Source: an uncultured archaeon
Lineage (GTDB): Archaea; Altiarchaeota; Altiarchaeia; JAFGQM01
Length of the DNA stretch: 64,000 bases
Direction: 5' to 3'
NCBI GenBank assembly: GCA_964592405.1
Contig: CAZQBY010000007.1
Coordinates: forward strand, 1-64,000
Positions 1-9,813 of the stretch are shown here, piece by piece; positions within the stretch are counted from its first letter, which is position 1; each line of letters starts with the position of its first letter. The position numbers and the translations under genes are program-made. The notes below the pieces were generated by a model. The model was given only the letters and a program-made list of their open reading frames with translations, was not told the DNA's origin and did no database searches.

Positions 1-16
1 ACGGGCTTAGCTTAAT

Positions 17-682
17 ATGATTGGTGTATTACAGTTTCCCGGAAGCAACTGCGACTTGGATGTTATGCGCGCGCTGGTGGATGTGGTTAAAACTGATGCC
101 AAACTCGTCTTTTTCAAGGAGCAGAGTCTGTCCGGACTAGAAGGTTTGGTCATACCGGGAGGTTTCTCTTATGGTGACCACCTGCGCGCAGGGGCTATAG
201 CTGCCAAAATGCCAATTATGGAGGAGGTCAAAGCCATGGTAAGGGATGGCAAGCCTGTACTTGGCATCTGCAATGGCTTCCAAATACTGTGCGACTCCGG
301 TCTTCTACCGGGCACTCTTACGAAGAATATTAATATGAAATTCATCTGCAAATGGGTTGATTTGGATGTTGCCAACAGGAGCAGTGTATTTATGCAAAAG
401 TACAAAAGGAATGAGAGGATAAGGATGCCAATAGCTCATGGAGAGGGGAGATATTACTGTGATGAAAAAACACTTAGGGGGCTGCAAAACAATGACCAGA
501 TAGCCTTTAGATATAGAGACAACCCAAACGGTTCTGTAGATGACATTGCCGGAATTTGCAATAAAGAGGGCAATGTGATGGGACTGATGCCACACCCGGA
601 AAGATGCTCAGAGAATATTCTGGGTGGCACTGATGGAAGGAGGATATTTGAGGCAATGGTAGAATACATAAAATCGCGATGA
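17..682 (+). CDS. purQ: Phosphoribosylformylglycinamidine synthase glutaminase subunit
   Basis: FPGSNCD, PGGFSYGD, GICNGFQ (catalytic Cys), MPHPER motifs. Confidence 0.97.
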   Translation: MIGVLQFPGSNCDLDVMRALVDVVKTDAKLVFFKEQSLSGLEGLVIPGGFSYGDHLRAGAIAAKMPIMEEVKAMVRDGKPVLGICNGFQILCDSGLLPGTLTKNINMKFICKWVDLDVANRSSVFMQKYKRNERIRMPIAHGEGRYYCDEKTLRGLQNNDQIAFRYRDNPNGSVDDIAGICNKEGNVMGLMPHPERCSENILGGTDGRRIFEAMVEYIKSR

Positions 683-2826
683 CTGTAAAAAACTGCTTTG
701 GATGCGGGAGCTCCGGAGAGCCCAATATCTCGCTCAGTGATGAAGAAATTGAGCTGGTCAGGAAACGGCTGGGCAGGGAACCAAACTCGATAGAGTGGGC
801 AATGATAGATGTTATGTGGTCAGAACACTGTTCCTACAAATCCAGTAAAAAATATCTCAGGCTCTTTCCAACAGAGGGGAAAAATGTTTTGTTGGGTGTG
901 GGAGATGACTGCGGGATTGTCCGGTTCAATGATAGGTATGGAATAGCCATAGGCATGGAATCTCACAACCATCCCTCAGCCATCGAACCGGTGGCCGGAG
1001 CTGCAACAGGGATAGGGGGCATAGTCCGGGACATATTATCCAAGGGAGCGATGCCAATAGCCTGTTTGGATCCCCTAAGACTGGGGAATATAAAAAGACA
1101 CGAAAGATCCAAGTATCTTTTTGAGAACATAATCAGAGGAATATCCAACTATGGCAACTGCATAGGGGTTCCCACCGTAGGGGGTGAAGCAGAATTCGAC
1201 AGGAGTTTCAATAAAAATCCGCTGGTAAATGTGGTGTGTGTTGGTTTGGTCGAAAGAGACAGGATTGTGAGGGGTGTAGCGCCCAATGCCGGAGACACCA
1301 TGATGCTTATTGGCAGCAAGACCGGGAGGGATGGCATACATGGAGTAACATTCGCCTCCGAAGAGCTGAGTGAGGATACTGAGGAGGCATCGAGACCTGC
1401 AGTACAAATCGAGGATCCCTTCTCAGAAAAGCTTCTGATAGACGCCTTTATGGAGATATTCCAAACTACTGATGCATATGTTGGGTGTAAGGATTTGGGT
1501 GGTGGCGGCTTCACATGCGCTACTTCCGAAATAGTCCATAAGGGAGGAAAGGGGGCACTTATAGATTTAGAAAGAATACCCCTCAGGGAAGAGGGTATGA
1601 AACCTTGGGAGATACTGCTATCGGAAACCCAGGAGAGAATGATGCTAATAGTCAAAAGAGGGAGGGAAGAGGAGGTTGAGAAGATCCTGGACAAGTGGGA
1701 TGTCCTGCATTCAAGAGTAGGGGTAGTTACTGATGATGGCCGGTATGTTATCAGGCACAGGGGAAAGACAATAGTAGACCTGCCGACACACCTTCTGGCG
1801 GAAGGCCCGCTGTTGGACAGGAAATTCGAGCCTATGAAGAGGGCAGAGGTTAAAACACCCCGTATCCGTGATGTTAAAGCATATCTTATGAGGCTTCTCA
1901 GGGAACCAAATATTGCATCCAAGAGATGGATATATGAACAGTATGATCATGAGGTTCAGACACGAACGGTTATCAAACCCGGGCAGGATGCAGCCGTTTT
2001 GAGGATAACAGACAGTGAAGGCATTGCTCTTGGCATTGGATGTAATTCTGCCCATTGCGCTATTGACCCGGCCGAAGGGGCCAAGGAGGCACTAGCCGAA
2101 GCGCTTAGAAATATCACTGCAGTTGGTGCAAGACCTCTGGCGGCAGTGGACTGCCTAAACTTTGGGAATCCGGAGAAGCCCAAAGCATTTTGGCAGTTTA
2201 AGGTCGCAGTGGAAGCATTGGCAGAGGGGCTGAGATTCTTCAATATACCAGTAGTTTCTGGCAATGTCAGCTTCTATAATGAATCAAATGGGGAACCAAT
2301 AAACCCATCACCCATTGTAACAATCCTCGGTAAGCTTGAGCTCGACAGGATTGTGACAATGGAGCTTAGGGATGAAGGAGATGCAATTATCTTGATTGGC
2401 GAAACCGGGGCCGAGTTGGGCGGCGCACCAAAGGTTGATTTTGAGGCAGAGAAGAGGACCAATGCATTGATTCTGGAGCTGATTGGAAAATCGCAAATCA
2501 GTGCTGCCCATGATTTATCCAAGGGTGGCCTTGCAGTCGGTCTGGCACTCATGGCATTCAAGGGTAATATGGGTTTCAGAGTGGATATCTCAAGGATGAA
2601 CGAGAACATAGACGATGCCGAAAAGCTCTTCTCGGAATCCAACGGCAGGTTTGTCATCACCTCGGCCGAACCGGAGAGGGTCTTGGGAGCTGCCAAGAGG
2701 GCCGGTGTCACAGCACAGGTCATTGGCGAAGTCGGCGGAACCATGTTATCTTATGGCAAGTTTACTGTAGATCCAAACAAAGCAAAAGAGACTTGGCAAA
2801 GGGGCTTGGAGAATCTACTGATATGA
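679..2826 (+). CDS. purL: Phosphoribosylformylglycinamidine synthase subunit PurL
   Basis: WSEHCSYKSS, ESHNHPS, DCLNFGNP, SGNVSFYN motifs; ATGA overlap with purQ. Confidence 0.97.
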   Translation: MTVKNCFGCGSSGEPNISLSDEEIELVRKRLGREPNSIEWAMIDVMWSEHCSYKSSKKYLRLFPTEGKNVLLGVGDDCGIVRFNDRYGIAIGMESHNHPSAIEPVAGAATGIGGIVRDILSKGAMPIACLDPLRLGNIKRHERSKYLFENIIRGISNYGNCIGVPTVGGEAEFDRSFNKNPLVNVVCVGLVERDRIVRGVAPNAGDTMMLIGSKTGRDGIHGVTFASEELSEDTEEASRPAVQIEDPFSEKLLIDAFMEIFQTTDAYVGCKDLGGGGFTCATSEIVHKGGKGALIDLERIPLREEGMKPWEILLSETQERMMLIVKRGREEEVEKILDKWDVLHSRVGVVTDDGRYVIRHRGKTIVDLPTHLLAEGPLLDRKFEPMKRAEVKTPRIRDVKAYLMRLLREPNIASKRWIYEQYDHEVQTRTVIKPGQDAAVLRITDSEGIALGIGCNSAHCAIDPAEGAKEALAEALRNITAVGARPLAAVDCLNFGNPEKPKAFWQFKVAVEALAEGLRFFNIPVVSGNVSFYNESNGEPINPSPIVTILGKLELDRIVTMELRDEGDAIILIGETGAELGGAPKVDFEAEKRTNALILELIGKSQISAAHDLSKGGLAVGLALMAFKGNMGFRVDISRMNENIDDAEKLFSESNGRFVITSAEPERVLGAAKRAGVTAQVIGEVGGTMLSYGKFTVDPNKAKETWQRGLENLLI

Positions 2827-3197
2827 TGACTATCCAAATTCCTCGTGGTGTTCTGGAGCTCATTCTCCATGCCGCGCGCACAGCATACCCAAACGAGTTC
2901 GGTGCGATGATAAGGGGAGAAGGCAATCAAATCAAGGAAGTTCTTCTCCTGCCGGGAACGATTCAAGGAAAAAAATTCGCCAGTTTCCGGATGAACATGC
3001 TGCCCATAGACTCTAAAACGGTGGGCGTGGTTCACTCGCATCCGTCAGGTAGCAAGTATCCCAGCCAAGCGGATCTGCGGATGTTCTCCAAGGTAGGCAA
3101 CGTGAACCTGATTCTGGGATATCCTTACCGGGGCGTTGAGGATGTGGCAGCCTATGACAGCAATGGAATTCCGCAGGAAATTGAGATTTTGCCATAA
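2823..3197 (+). CDS. JAMM/MPN+ metalloprotease (desampylase-like)
   Basis: E...HSHPSGSKYPSQAD JAMM motif; ATG at 2823 overlaps the purL stop. Confidence 0.85.
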   Translation: MMTIQIPRGVLELILHAARTAYPNEFGAMIRGEGNQIKEVLLLPGTIQGKKFASFRMNMLPIDSKTVGVVHSHPSGSKYPSQADLRMFSKVGNVNLILGYPYRGVEDVAAYDSNGIPQEIEILP

Positions 3198-3249
3198 ACT
3201 GCCTTCCGCCTTAATTCCAAGAATCCATAGGTTCTGCAGCCCATGCTGA

Positions 3250-3288
3250 AAAGTGTATTTAAAAATATATTTAAAGTGTATTTATAAA
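3250..3288 (+). promoter_or_regulatory. Archaeal promoter (TATA box TTTATAAA at 3281-3288) with a 12-bp direct repeat
   Basis: AAAGTGTATTTA at 3250-3261 and 3273-3284; TATA ends 20 nt upstream of the structured RNA starting at 3309. Confidence 0.6.
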
Positions 3289-3308
3289 GACATAAGTTCA
3301 AATTTATC

Positions 3309-3448
3309 ATCGCATTGGGGCGTAGTCCTGATTTCTGCTGCAAAATAGATATGAGGGACTCACAACACATTGCGATACAGCCTCCCGAGGGTCAACTCGG
3401 TCAAGAGCGCATTCGCGCACTATGAGATCGAGCTTTACGGGGGGCATA
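3309..3448 (+). ncRNA. Two-hairpin box H/ACA pseudouridylation guide RNA
   Basis: Hairpin 1 (3309-3376): stem ATCGCATTG/CATTGCGAT, internal pocket, upper stem AGTCCT/GGGACT with tandem GA K-turn, followed by ACA. Hairpin 2 (3380-3445): stem GCCTCCCG/CGGGGGGC, pocket, CTCGGTC/GATCGAG, K-turn-like TATGA, followed by ATA. Confidence 0.75.
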
Positions 3449-3477
3449 AGGCTAACAGGCAATTCATGCCTTCAATA

Positions 3478-3771
3478 ATGTTTGATGCTTTAAGGGAAGT
3501 CGAGAACGGCGTGGTGGTAAGGGTGCGGGTGATACCCGGTGCCTCAAAGACTACACTCGAATGGTATGATAACTGGAAGAAATCAATTAAGTTCAAGACA
3601 ACAGAACCTGCCAAAAGAGGCAAGGCTAACCGGTCGGTATTGGAATTTTTTGAGGATTTGACTGGTAAGAGAGCTACTCTGCTAAGCGGTGCTAAATCCA
3701 GAGATAAAGAGATACTCGTTCTCGGCGCAACCCTAAAAGAGGTATCAGATAAACTAAATAAAACAAGATAG
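3478..3771 (+). CDS. DUF167/UPF0235 (YggU-like) protein
   Basis: VRVRVIPGAS...PAKRGKAN...SGAKSRDK pattern; true start likely ATG 3478, not TTG 3370. Confidence 0.8.
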   Translation: MFDALREVENGVVVRVRVIPGASKTTLEWYDNWKKSIKFKTTEPAKRGKANRSVLEFFEDLTGKRATLLSGAKSRDKEILVLGATLKEVSDKLNKTR

Positions 3772-3806
3772 ATGCTTTAGGTATTCAAAAACTGAGGAGA
3801 GATAAA

Positions 3807-5126
3807 ATGAGCAAAGCACCTGTAGATATAATAAAATATGTAATACATGCTGAAGCCGAAGCCAATGGCTTGGTTGAAAAACCAGATTTGATTGGCGCCA
3901 TATTTGGTCAGACAGAAGGGCTTCTAGGTGAGGATCTCGATCTGAGAGAGTTGCAGAAGTCAGGGAGAATTGGAAGGATAGATGCTGAGCTGGAGACAAA
4001 AAAAGGTATTACAAAGGCCAAAATCACTATTCCGTCCAGTTTGGATATGGTAGCAACATCGATAATTGCAGCAGGGGTAGAGACAATAACCAGAATCGGG
4101 CCATGTGACGCCAAGTTTAAGATAATCCAGGTAGAGGATGTCAGAGAGGCGAAAAGAAAGGATATAGTTGAGAGGGCAAGACAGATACTAAGGACATTTA
4201 TGTCATCAGAGATCCCGGATTCCAAGGAGATAAGTGAGGAAATAATGCATGATCTGCGTGGAGAGGACATAACCAAGGTAAACGGGCTGGACGCCGGACC
4301 GGCTGTTAAAACAAGCGACAGTGTCATAATTGTGGAAGGCCGTGCTGATGTATTAAACCTTTTAAGGAATGGAATAAAGACGGGTGTTGCTGTTGGTGGG
4401 ATAAAGATACCCCCCCAGATAGTAGATATCACAAGGAATAAAACCGTGACCGCCTTTGTTGACGGCGACAGGGGAGGGGATTTGATACTCAAATCCCTGA
4501 AGAATGCTGGAGTCAAGATCGATAACATTGCAAGGGCACCACCGGGGAGAGAGGTTGAAGGACTCAGCAGAAAGGATGTCATAATGGCCCTCCGTAGGAA
4601 AAAGCCTGCTGATGAGGTCTTCAAGGAGCTGGAGGGTGAGTCTGGCAAAACAGCCCTCCGAAGAACTTCCAGGTCTCTTGGAAAGAGGGACCGGGGAAGT
4701 GAGGGTTCTAGGACCAGTAAGGGGTCCAGGATTTTGGAGAGGGAGAGGAGCAGATCCTCAAGAGGGAGATCCTCAAAGGAGCATCCTAAGGGCAGAGAAA
4801 GATCCGCCAGAGTAAGAAAACGAAACAGACCGCTGAAGATAACAACTCCAGAGAAGCCATCAGAGTCAGAAATGCTATTGGAGAAACTGGATGGAATGAA
4901 AAATCAGGCCATGCTCCTAGACCAAAACTTTGGTGAGATAAAGACTGTTGACTTGGACAAGCTTCCAAAGGAAAAGAGTCTGAAAAAGGCTCATGTGCTG
5001 ATAATTGATGACATTGTTACCAACGACATCCTGAAACTTGCTGAGAAATGCAAGTATATTGTCGGCATAACCACTGCGGGGAATTTAAGTGCTCCAAAGG
5101 ACAAGATAATAGTGACAAAGTTCTGA
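3807..5126 (+). CDS. dnaG: Archaeal DnaG-like primase / exosome-associated protein
   Basis: GAIFGQTEGLLG, LRELQKSGRIGRI, TOPRIM VEGRADV and DGDRGG. Confidence 0.95.
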   Translation: MSKAPVDIIKYVIHAEAEANGLVEKPDLIGAIFGQTEGLLGEDLDLRELQKSGRIGRIDAELETKKGITKAKITIPSSLDMVATSIIAAGVETITRIGPCDAKFKIIQVEDVREAKRKDIVERARQILRTFMSSEIPDSKEISEEIMHDLRGEDITKVNGLDAGPAVKTSDSVIIVEGRADVLNLLRNGIKTGVAVGGIKIPPQIVDITRNKTVTAFVDGDRGGDLILKSLKNAGVKIDNIARAPPGREVEGLSRKDVIMALRRKKPADEVFKELEGESGKTALRRTSRSLGKRDRGSEGSRTSKGSRILERERSRSSRGRSSKEHPKGRERSARVRKRNRPLKITTPEKPSESEMLLEKLDGMKNQAMLLDQNFGEIKTVDLDKLPKEKSLKKAHVLIIDDIVTNDILKLAEKCKYIVGITTAGNLSAPKDKIIVTKF

Positions 5127-5184
5127 GGCCTGTTCTTGGGCCATATGCATCCATAAGTTACTAACAAGTTATCTTGTCTGAGGC

Positions 5185-6645
5185 ATGGATTTTGAAGACA
5201 CATCGCAGATAGAGCTCCCAAGGGATCCGTTGGACATGGTAATTGGTCAGGAGAAGGCCGTTAATATAGCTAGGATAGCTGCTGTACAGAGGCGTCATCT
5301 GCTTTTGGTTGGTCCTCCGGGAATAGGCAAAAGCATGCTGGCAAAAGCCCTTGCATATCATCTGCCGAAACCAAAGCAGGAGATAGTCATAGCCCATAAT
5401 CCCAAGAATCCGGAAAGGCCCTTGGTATTCCTCCGGGATGCCGATGACATAAGGAGACAAAAGGGATTGGAGAAAAAGGCAAGGGGGAAGATTATCTCCC
5501 CCACGGATGTCCCGAATGAGGTGGCAGAGCGTCTGGGTTTCAGGTGCATGAAGTGTGGGGCAATAAGTTCTTATGAGGAAGACATCTGCCCCCAATGCAA
5601 CGAGTTGAAGTTTAGTTCGAATGCTGGGCGCTCGCCTTTTTCAGATCTGCTGTCACAGGTATTCAACGTCGAAATGTATGAATATCCGGAGGAAGAGGTG
5701 CATGTTGCCGAAACAGACAAGAGCGGCAGAGAAGGAATAGTTATCTACCAGACAGTTGATCCGAAGAGTGTAAGGAGGATAGATGGGGAAGCATTGAAAA
5801 TCCTGAACAAGCTGGATAAGATGAAAAAGAGCAAGGTACTTGTTCCCCTAAAAAGAAACAATTTTGTGCAGGCGACAGGGGCTTCGGAGACTGAACTCCT
5901 TGGCGATGTCAAGCATGATCCATGGGGGGGGATGCCCGAGGCCGGAGGGCTGCTGCCATATGAGCGGGTCATAGCAGGTGCCATACACGAGGCGCATGAG
6001 GGTGTATTGTTTATAGATGAGTTACCCCAGCTTCAGCATCTCCAACACTACATTCTTACGGCAATGCAGGATAAACACTTTCCGATAAGCGGTATGAATC
6101 CGACATCATCCGGCGCTGCTGTCAAGGTCAACAAGGTGCCCTGTGATTTCATATTTATGGGGGCCTGCAATATCAATGAAGTGGAGGGCATACTGCCCCC
6201 ATTAAGGTCGCGGATACTGGGCTCGGGTTATGAGATACTTCTAGAAACAACCATGCCAAAAACAAAAGCCAATGTCAACAAAATGGCCCAGTTCTTTGCG
6301 CAAGAGGTCTTGTTGGATACCAAAATACCCCATGGAACGAAGGCTGCTGTAGATGAACTGGTCAAAGAGGCCGAGAGGAGAGCCAGGGAAATTGACGATG
6401 TCAGAAATGCCCTCACACTGAGGCTCCGGGACCTCGGCGGTGTTATACGCCTAGCTGGTGATCTGGCAAAGACTGAAGGGGCTGAGCTCATAGAGGCCAA
6501 GCACATAAGAGAAGCTATAAAGAACGCGCGCAGTGTAGAGCAGCAATTGGTTGATAGGTATGGAAGCGTCTGGAAAGGGCTATCAAAAGACCATATAAGC
6601 AGCCACTTGTATTCTGACGAAAGAAAAGCAACTGGTTATGTTTGA
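5185..6645 (+). CDS. Lon(B)-type AAA+ ATPase with Zn-ribbon insert and no protease domain
   Basis: VIGQE, Walker A GPPGIGKS, GAIHEAHEGVLFIDE, LRSRI, LRLRDLGG; CMKC..CPQC insert; ends with no Ser-Lys protease domain. Confidence 0.85.
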   Translation: MDFEDTSQIELPRDPLDMVIGQEKAVNIARIAAVQRRHLLLVGPPGIGKSMLAKALAYHLPKPKQEIVIAHNPKNPERPLVFLRDADDIRRQKGLEKKARGKIISPTDVPNEVAERLGFRCMKCGAISSYEEDICPQCNELKFSSNAGRSPFSDLLSQVFNVEMYEYPEEEVHVAETDKSGREGIVIYQTVDPKSVRRIDGEALKILNKLDKMKKSKVLVPLKRNNFVQATGASETELLGDVKHDPWGGMPEAGGLLPYERVIAGAIHEAHEGVLFIDELPQLQHLQHYILTAMQDKHFPISGMNPTSSGAAVKVNKVPCDFIFMGACNINEVEGILPPLRSRILGSGYEILLETTMPKTKANVNKMAQFFAQEVLLDTKIPHGTKAAVDELVKEAERRAREIDDVRNALTLRLRDLGGVIRLAGDLAKTEGAELIEAKHIREAIKNARSVEQQLVDRYGSVWKGLSKDHISSHLYSDERKATGYV

Positions 6646-6668
6646 TCCTGTTGCATCCAAAGCAAAAA

Positions 6669-7091
6669 ATGGCCTTTGAATATCTGGAGCATGAGGCAGA
6701 CCTTGGAATACTGGCTCACGCCGATACCTTGGAAGAGGCCTTTGAAGAGGGTGCCAAGGCAATGTTTAATGTAATAGTGGATATCGCACGGGTGAAACCC
6801 ATGAGGAAGATGGCCCTCAGTGCCTCCGCCAAAAGTGTGGATCTGTTGTTTGTTGAATTTTTGAACAAACTGCTGGCAATGGTTGATACAGAGGAGATGG
6901 TCTTCTCGCGCTTCCAAGTCAGGATAGAAAAGGGGAAGGATGGATATGCACTCAGTGCAGAGGCCTGGGGTGAGCCACTTAACCCGGAGAAACATAGGGT
7001 GAAAACAGAGGTTAAGGCCGCTACATATTATGGTCTAAAATGCTGGACAGACAGTGGTAAGCACCACATCCAATGTGTGTTGGATATCTAA
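6669..7091 (+). CDS. Archease
   Basis: FEYLEHEADLG N-terminus, EVKAATYY, C-terminal LDI; adjacent to rtcB. Confidence 0.93.
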   Translation: MAFEYLEHEADLGILAHADTLEEAFEEGAKAMFNVIVDIARVKPMRKMALSASAKSVDLLFVEFLNKLLAMVDTEEMVFSRFQVRIEKGKDGYALSAEAWGEPLNPEKHRVKTEVKAATYYGLKCWTDSGKHHIQCVLDI

Positions 7092-7092
7092 G

Positions 7093-8538
7093 ATGGAGGA
7101 TATAGGAGTCAGGAGGATAGATGACTATCGCTGGGAGATTCCAAGGAAGGGCAATATGTTGGTACCTGGCAGGATATATGCCGACAAGAAACTTATCAAC
7201 CATCTGGTCGGGGATTTGCGCGCAGGTAAGGAATGGAATGCGCTGAGACAAATAGTAAACGTGGCGTGCTTGCCGGGCATTCAGAAAGCCAGTTTGGCGA
7301 TGAGTGATGTCCATCCAGGCTATGGTTTTCCAATTGGAGGAGTCGGAGCATTTGATACTGAAGAGGGGGTTATCAGTGTAGCCGGCGTTGGATTTGACTG
7401 TAACTGCGGTGTGAGAACGCTCAGGACAGAATTGATGCGTGAAGAAGTTGAAAAAAAGAAAAAAGAGCTTGCTGATGCTCTGTTTAATACAGTTCCTGCA
7501 GGTTTGGGGTCCACCGGAAAAATACGTCTATCCGTTGATCAGATAGATGAGGTCCTAGTAAAGGGAGCTGAATACGCTGTTGAGAACGGCTATGGACTCA
7601 GGGAGGACTTAGAGTACACGGAAGAGAAAGGGAAGGTGAAAGGGGCCAAGCCCGAGAACGTCAGCCGGCAGGCCAAACAGCGACAGTACAAACAGATAGG
7701 CACGCTGGGGAGTGGCAACCACTATCTGGAAGTACAATATGTTGAAAGGCTTTTTGACAAGGAAGTGGCTGAGGTATATGGCTTGAGGGAAAATCAGGTC
7801 TTGGTTTCTATTCACTGTGGTTCACGTGCACTTGGACACCAAATCGGCACGGATTATCTCAAAATATTGGAAGCAGCCAGCAGGAAGTATAATATCCCAA
7901 TCCGGGAGAAAGAGTTGGTCTGTGCGCCGTTTAAGAGTGAAGAGGGCCAGAGGTATTTCTCGGCCGTTAACTGTGGTATTAACACTGCCTTTGCAAACAG
8001 GCAGGTTATTGCACATCTTACAAGGATTGCATTCAGAATGGCTTTGGGTGTGGCTGAGGAAGACCTAAAAATGTTATATGATATAGGTCATAACACAGCC
8101 AAGCTGGAGAAGCACGATGGCAGAGAGCTTTTGGTTCTCAGAAAGGGCAGCACACGTGCATTTGGGCCGGGCAGGGAGGAAGTACCGAAAGCCTATCGTA
8201 AAGTAGGTCAGCCTGTCCTTGTTGGAGGCACAATGGGCACACAGTCATACATCCTCCACGGGACGGAAAGGGGGATGGAAGAAACTTTCGGGAGTGCCTG
8301 TCATGGAGCCGGGCGACAGATGTCGCGCCAGCAGGCCAAAAGACAGTGGAGGGGGGAGAGACTGGTCAGCGAGCTTGCTAACAGAGGTATTCTTATCAGG
8401 GGCCACAGCTTGGCCGGAGTTGCCGAAGAAGCCCCCGGCGCATACAAAGATGTGGATGAAGTAGTTGATGTCATGCATTACGCAGGTATTGCAAAAAAGG
8501 TTGCACTGCTGAAGCCCATGATTTCGATTAAGGGCTAG
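7093..8538 (+). CDS. rtcB: RNA-splicing ligase RtcB
   Basis: DVHPGYGFPIGGV, GFDCNCG, GTLGSGNHYLEVQ, HCGSR, HGAGR, EEAPGAYK. Confidence 0.97.
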   Translation: MEDIGVRRIDDYRWEIPRKGNMLVPGRIYADKKLINHLVGDLRAGKEWNALRQIVNVACLPGIQKASLAMSDVHPGYGFPIGGVGAFDTEEGVISVAGVGFDCNCGVRTLRTELMREEVEKKKKELADALFNTVPAGLGSTGKIRLSVDQIDEVLVKGAEYAVENGYGLREDLEYTEEKGKVKGAKPENVSRQAKQRQYKQIGTLGSGNHYLEVQYVERLFDKEVAEVYGLRENQVLVSIHCGSRALGHQIGTDYLKILEAASRKYNIPIREKELVCAPFKSEEGQRYFSAVNCGINTAFANRQVIAHLTRIAFRMALGVAEEDLKMLYDIGHNTAKLEKHDGRELLVLRKGSTRAFGPGREEVPKAYRKVGQPVLVGGTMGTQSYILHGTERGMEETFGSACHGAGRQMSRQQAKRQWRGERLVSELANRGILIRGHSLAGVAEEAPGAYKDVDEVVDVMHYAGIAKKVALLKPMISIKG

Positions 8539-8609
8539 TTATTGAGGGCTAGTTTTTTCTGCTTTCTCATTTTTCTAATCTCTGACCGAAATATAGATAA
8601 TGATGGACA

Positions 8610-9488
8610 ATGGCATCTGAACCGCTCATTTATATTGACGGGAGGTTCTACCCAAAGAGTGAGGCGAAGATATCTGTCTATGACCATGGTCTGCTTTATG
8701 GCGACGGAGTTTTCGAGGGAATAAGGTGTTATAATGGAAATGTTTTCCGCTTAAAGCAGCATATAGACCGGTTGTATGACAGTGGCAGGGCAATAAATCT
8801 TGAGATTCCCATCTCCAAGAAAGAGATGACAGAGATAGTCTTGGAGAGCATAAGAAAGAATAATCTGAAGGAGGCTTATGTCAGGCTCATAGTAACAAGG
8901 GGTGTTGGGGATCTGGGACTTGACCCAAGGAAGTGTCCAAGACCAAGTATAATATGCATAGCACAGTATTTCGCCCCTCTGTATGGAGATTTGTATGATA
9001 ATGGCATAAGGGTCATCACAGTCGGGACTAGAAGGACGTCAAGCGATGCTCTGGACATAAAGGCCAAGACACTGAATTATCTGAATAATATTATGGGTAA
9101 GATACAAGCCAATTTGGCCAACTGTGATGAAGCTCTGATGCTCAACAGTTTAGGCCATGTCGCAGAGGGGACAGGAGATAATTTCTTCATTGTCAAAAAC
9201 AGGGAATTGTTCACGCCACCAACTGGTGCAGGAATCCTGATAGGGATAACCAGAGGGGCGATAATGGAACTGGCAGGAAAAGCAGGAATAAGAGTTACTG
9301 AAAAGAATCTGACCCTCTTTGATGTTTATACTGCTGATGAAGCCTTTATGACCGGGACTGCTGCAGAGGTCATACCAATAATAGAGGTTGACGCACGCAG
9401 GATAGGTGATGGCAATCCCGGACCTGTAACAAAAAAACTTATGTCAGAATTTAGGAAAATACGTGAAAGGGATGGTATTAGGATATAG
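8610..9488 (+). CDS. ilvE: Branched-chain amino acid aminotransferase
   Basis: [35 protein letters not shown]. Confidence 0.95.
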   Translation: MASEPLIYIDGRFYPKSEAKISVYDHGLLYGDGVFEGIRCYNGNVFRLKQHIDRLYDSGRAINLEIPISKKEMTEIVLESIRKNNLKEAYVRLIVTRGVGDLGLDPRKCPRPSIICIAQYFAPLYGDLYDNGIRVITVGTRRTSSDALDIKAKTLNYLNNIMGKIQANLANCDEALMLNSLGHVAEGTGDNFFIVKNRELFTPPTGAGILIGITRGAIMELAGKAGIRVTEKNLTLFDVYTADEAFMTGTAAEVIPIIEVDARRIGDGNPGPVTKKLMSEFRKIRERDGIRI

Positions 9489-9522
9489 TGTGGGAAGTGG
9501 CAAGAGCAGGGGGAAGGAGAGC

Positions 9523-9813
9523 ATGAATGATGCCATCAGGGAGGTGATGGGCAGGATGCCCGATCCTCTGCATCTTGACCTGCCGCATGTCCACAAGAGA
9601 TTCCTTGAACTAGCATATGTGTTGGTTGTTCTTGGAGCAATAGTATCCATACTCATCTACGGAACAATACTAGGATGGCCGTCCACAGTCGTGAATGCAA
9701 GCTTAATGCTTGTAATGGCGCTGGGGATAATACTCACTGTCATGTTTATAGAGAAATCCTCTATAGTCCACAAACACCCTGTTGCTCACAAACCGGAAAA
9801 CACCTCATCCTGA
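9523..9813 (+). CDS. Small two-TM membrane protein
   Basis: Two hydrophobic segments; GAAGGAG SD before ATG 9523. Confidence 0.55.
   Translation: MNDAIREVMGRMPDPLHLDLPHVHKRFLELAYVLVVLGAIVSILIYGTILGWPSTVVNASLMLVMALGIILTVMFIEKSSIVHKHPVAHKPENTSS

Noticed and set aside
679-720. CxxC at the PurL N-terminus (KNCFGCG)
   Set aside because: A single pair in a variable extension; not enough to claim a metal site
1149-1922. Long antisense ORFs (also 3908-4648, 11950-12954, 31107-32159, 62064-62780)
   Set aside because: Shadows of well-conserved genes on the opposite strand, with no motifs
3370-3477. N-terminal extension of the DUF167 ORF from TTG 3370
   Set aside because: Family similarity starts near 3478, and the region is better explained as the H/ACA RNA
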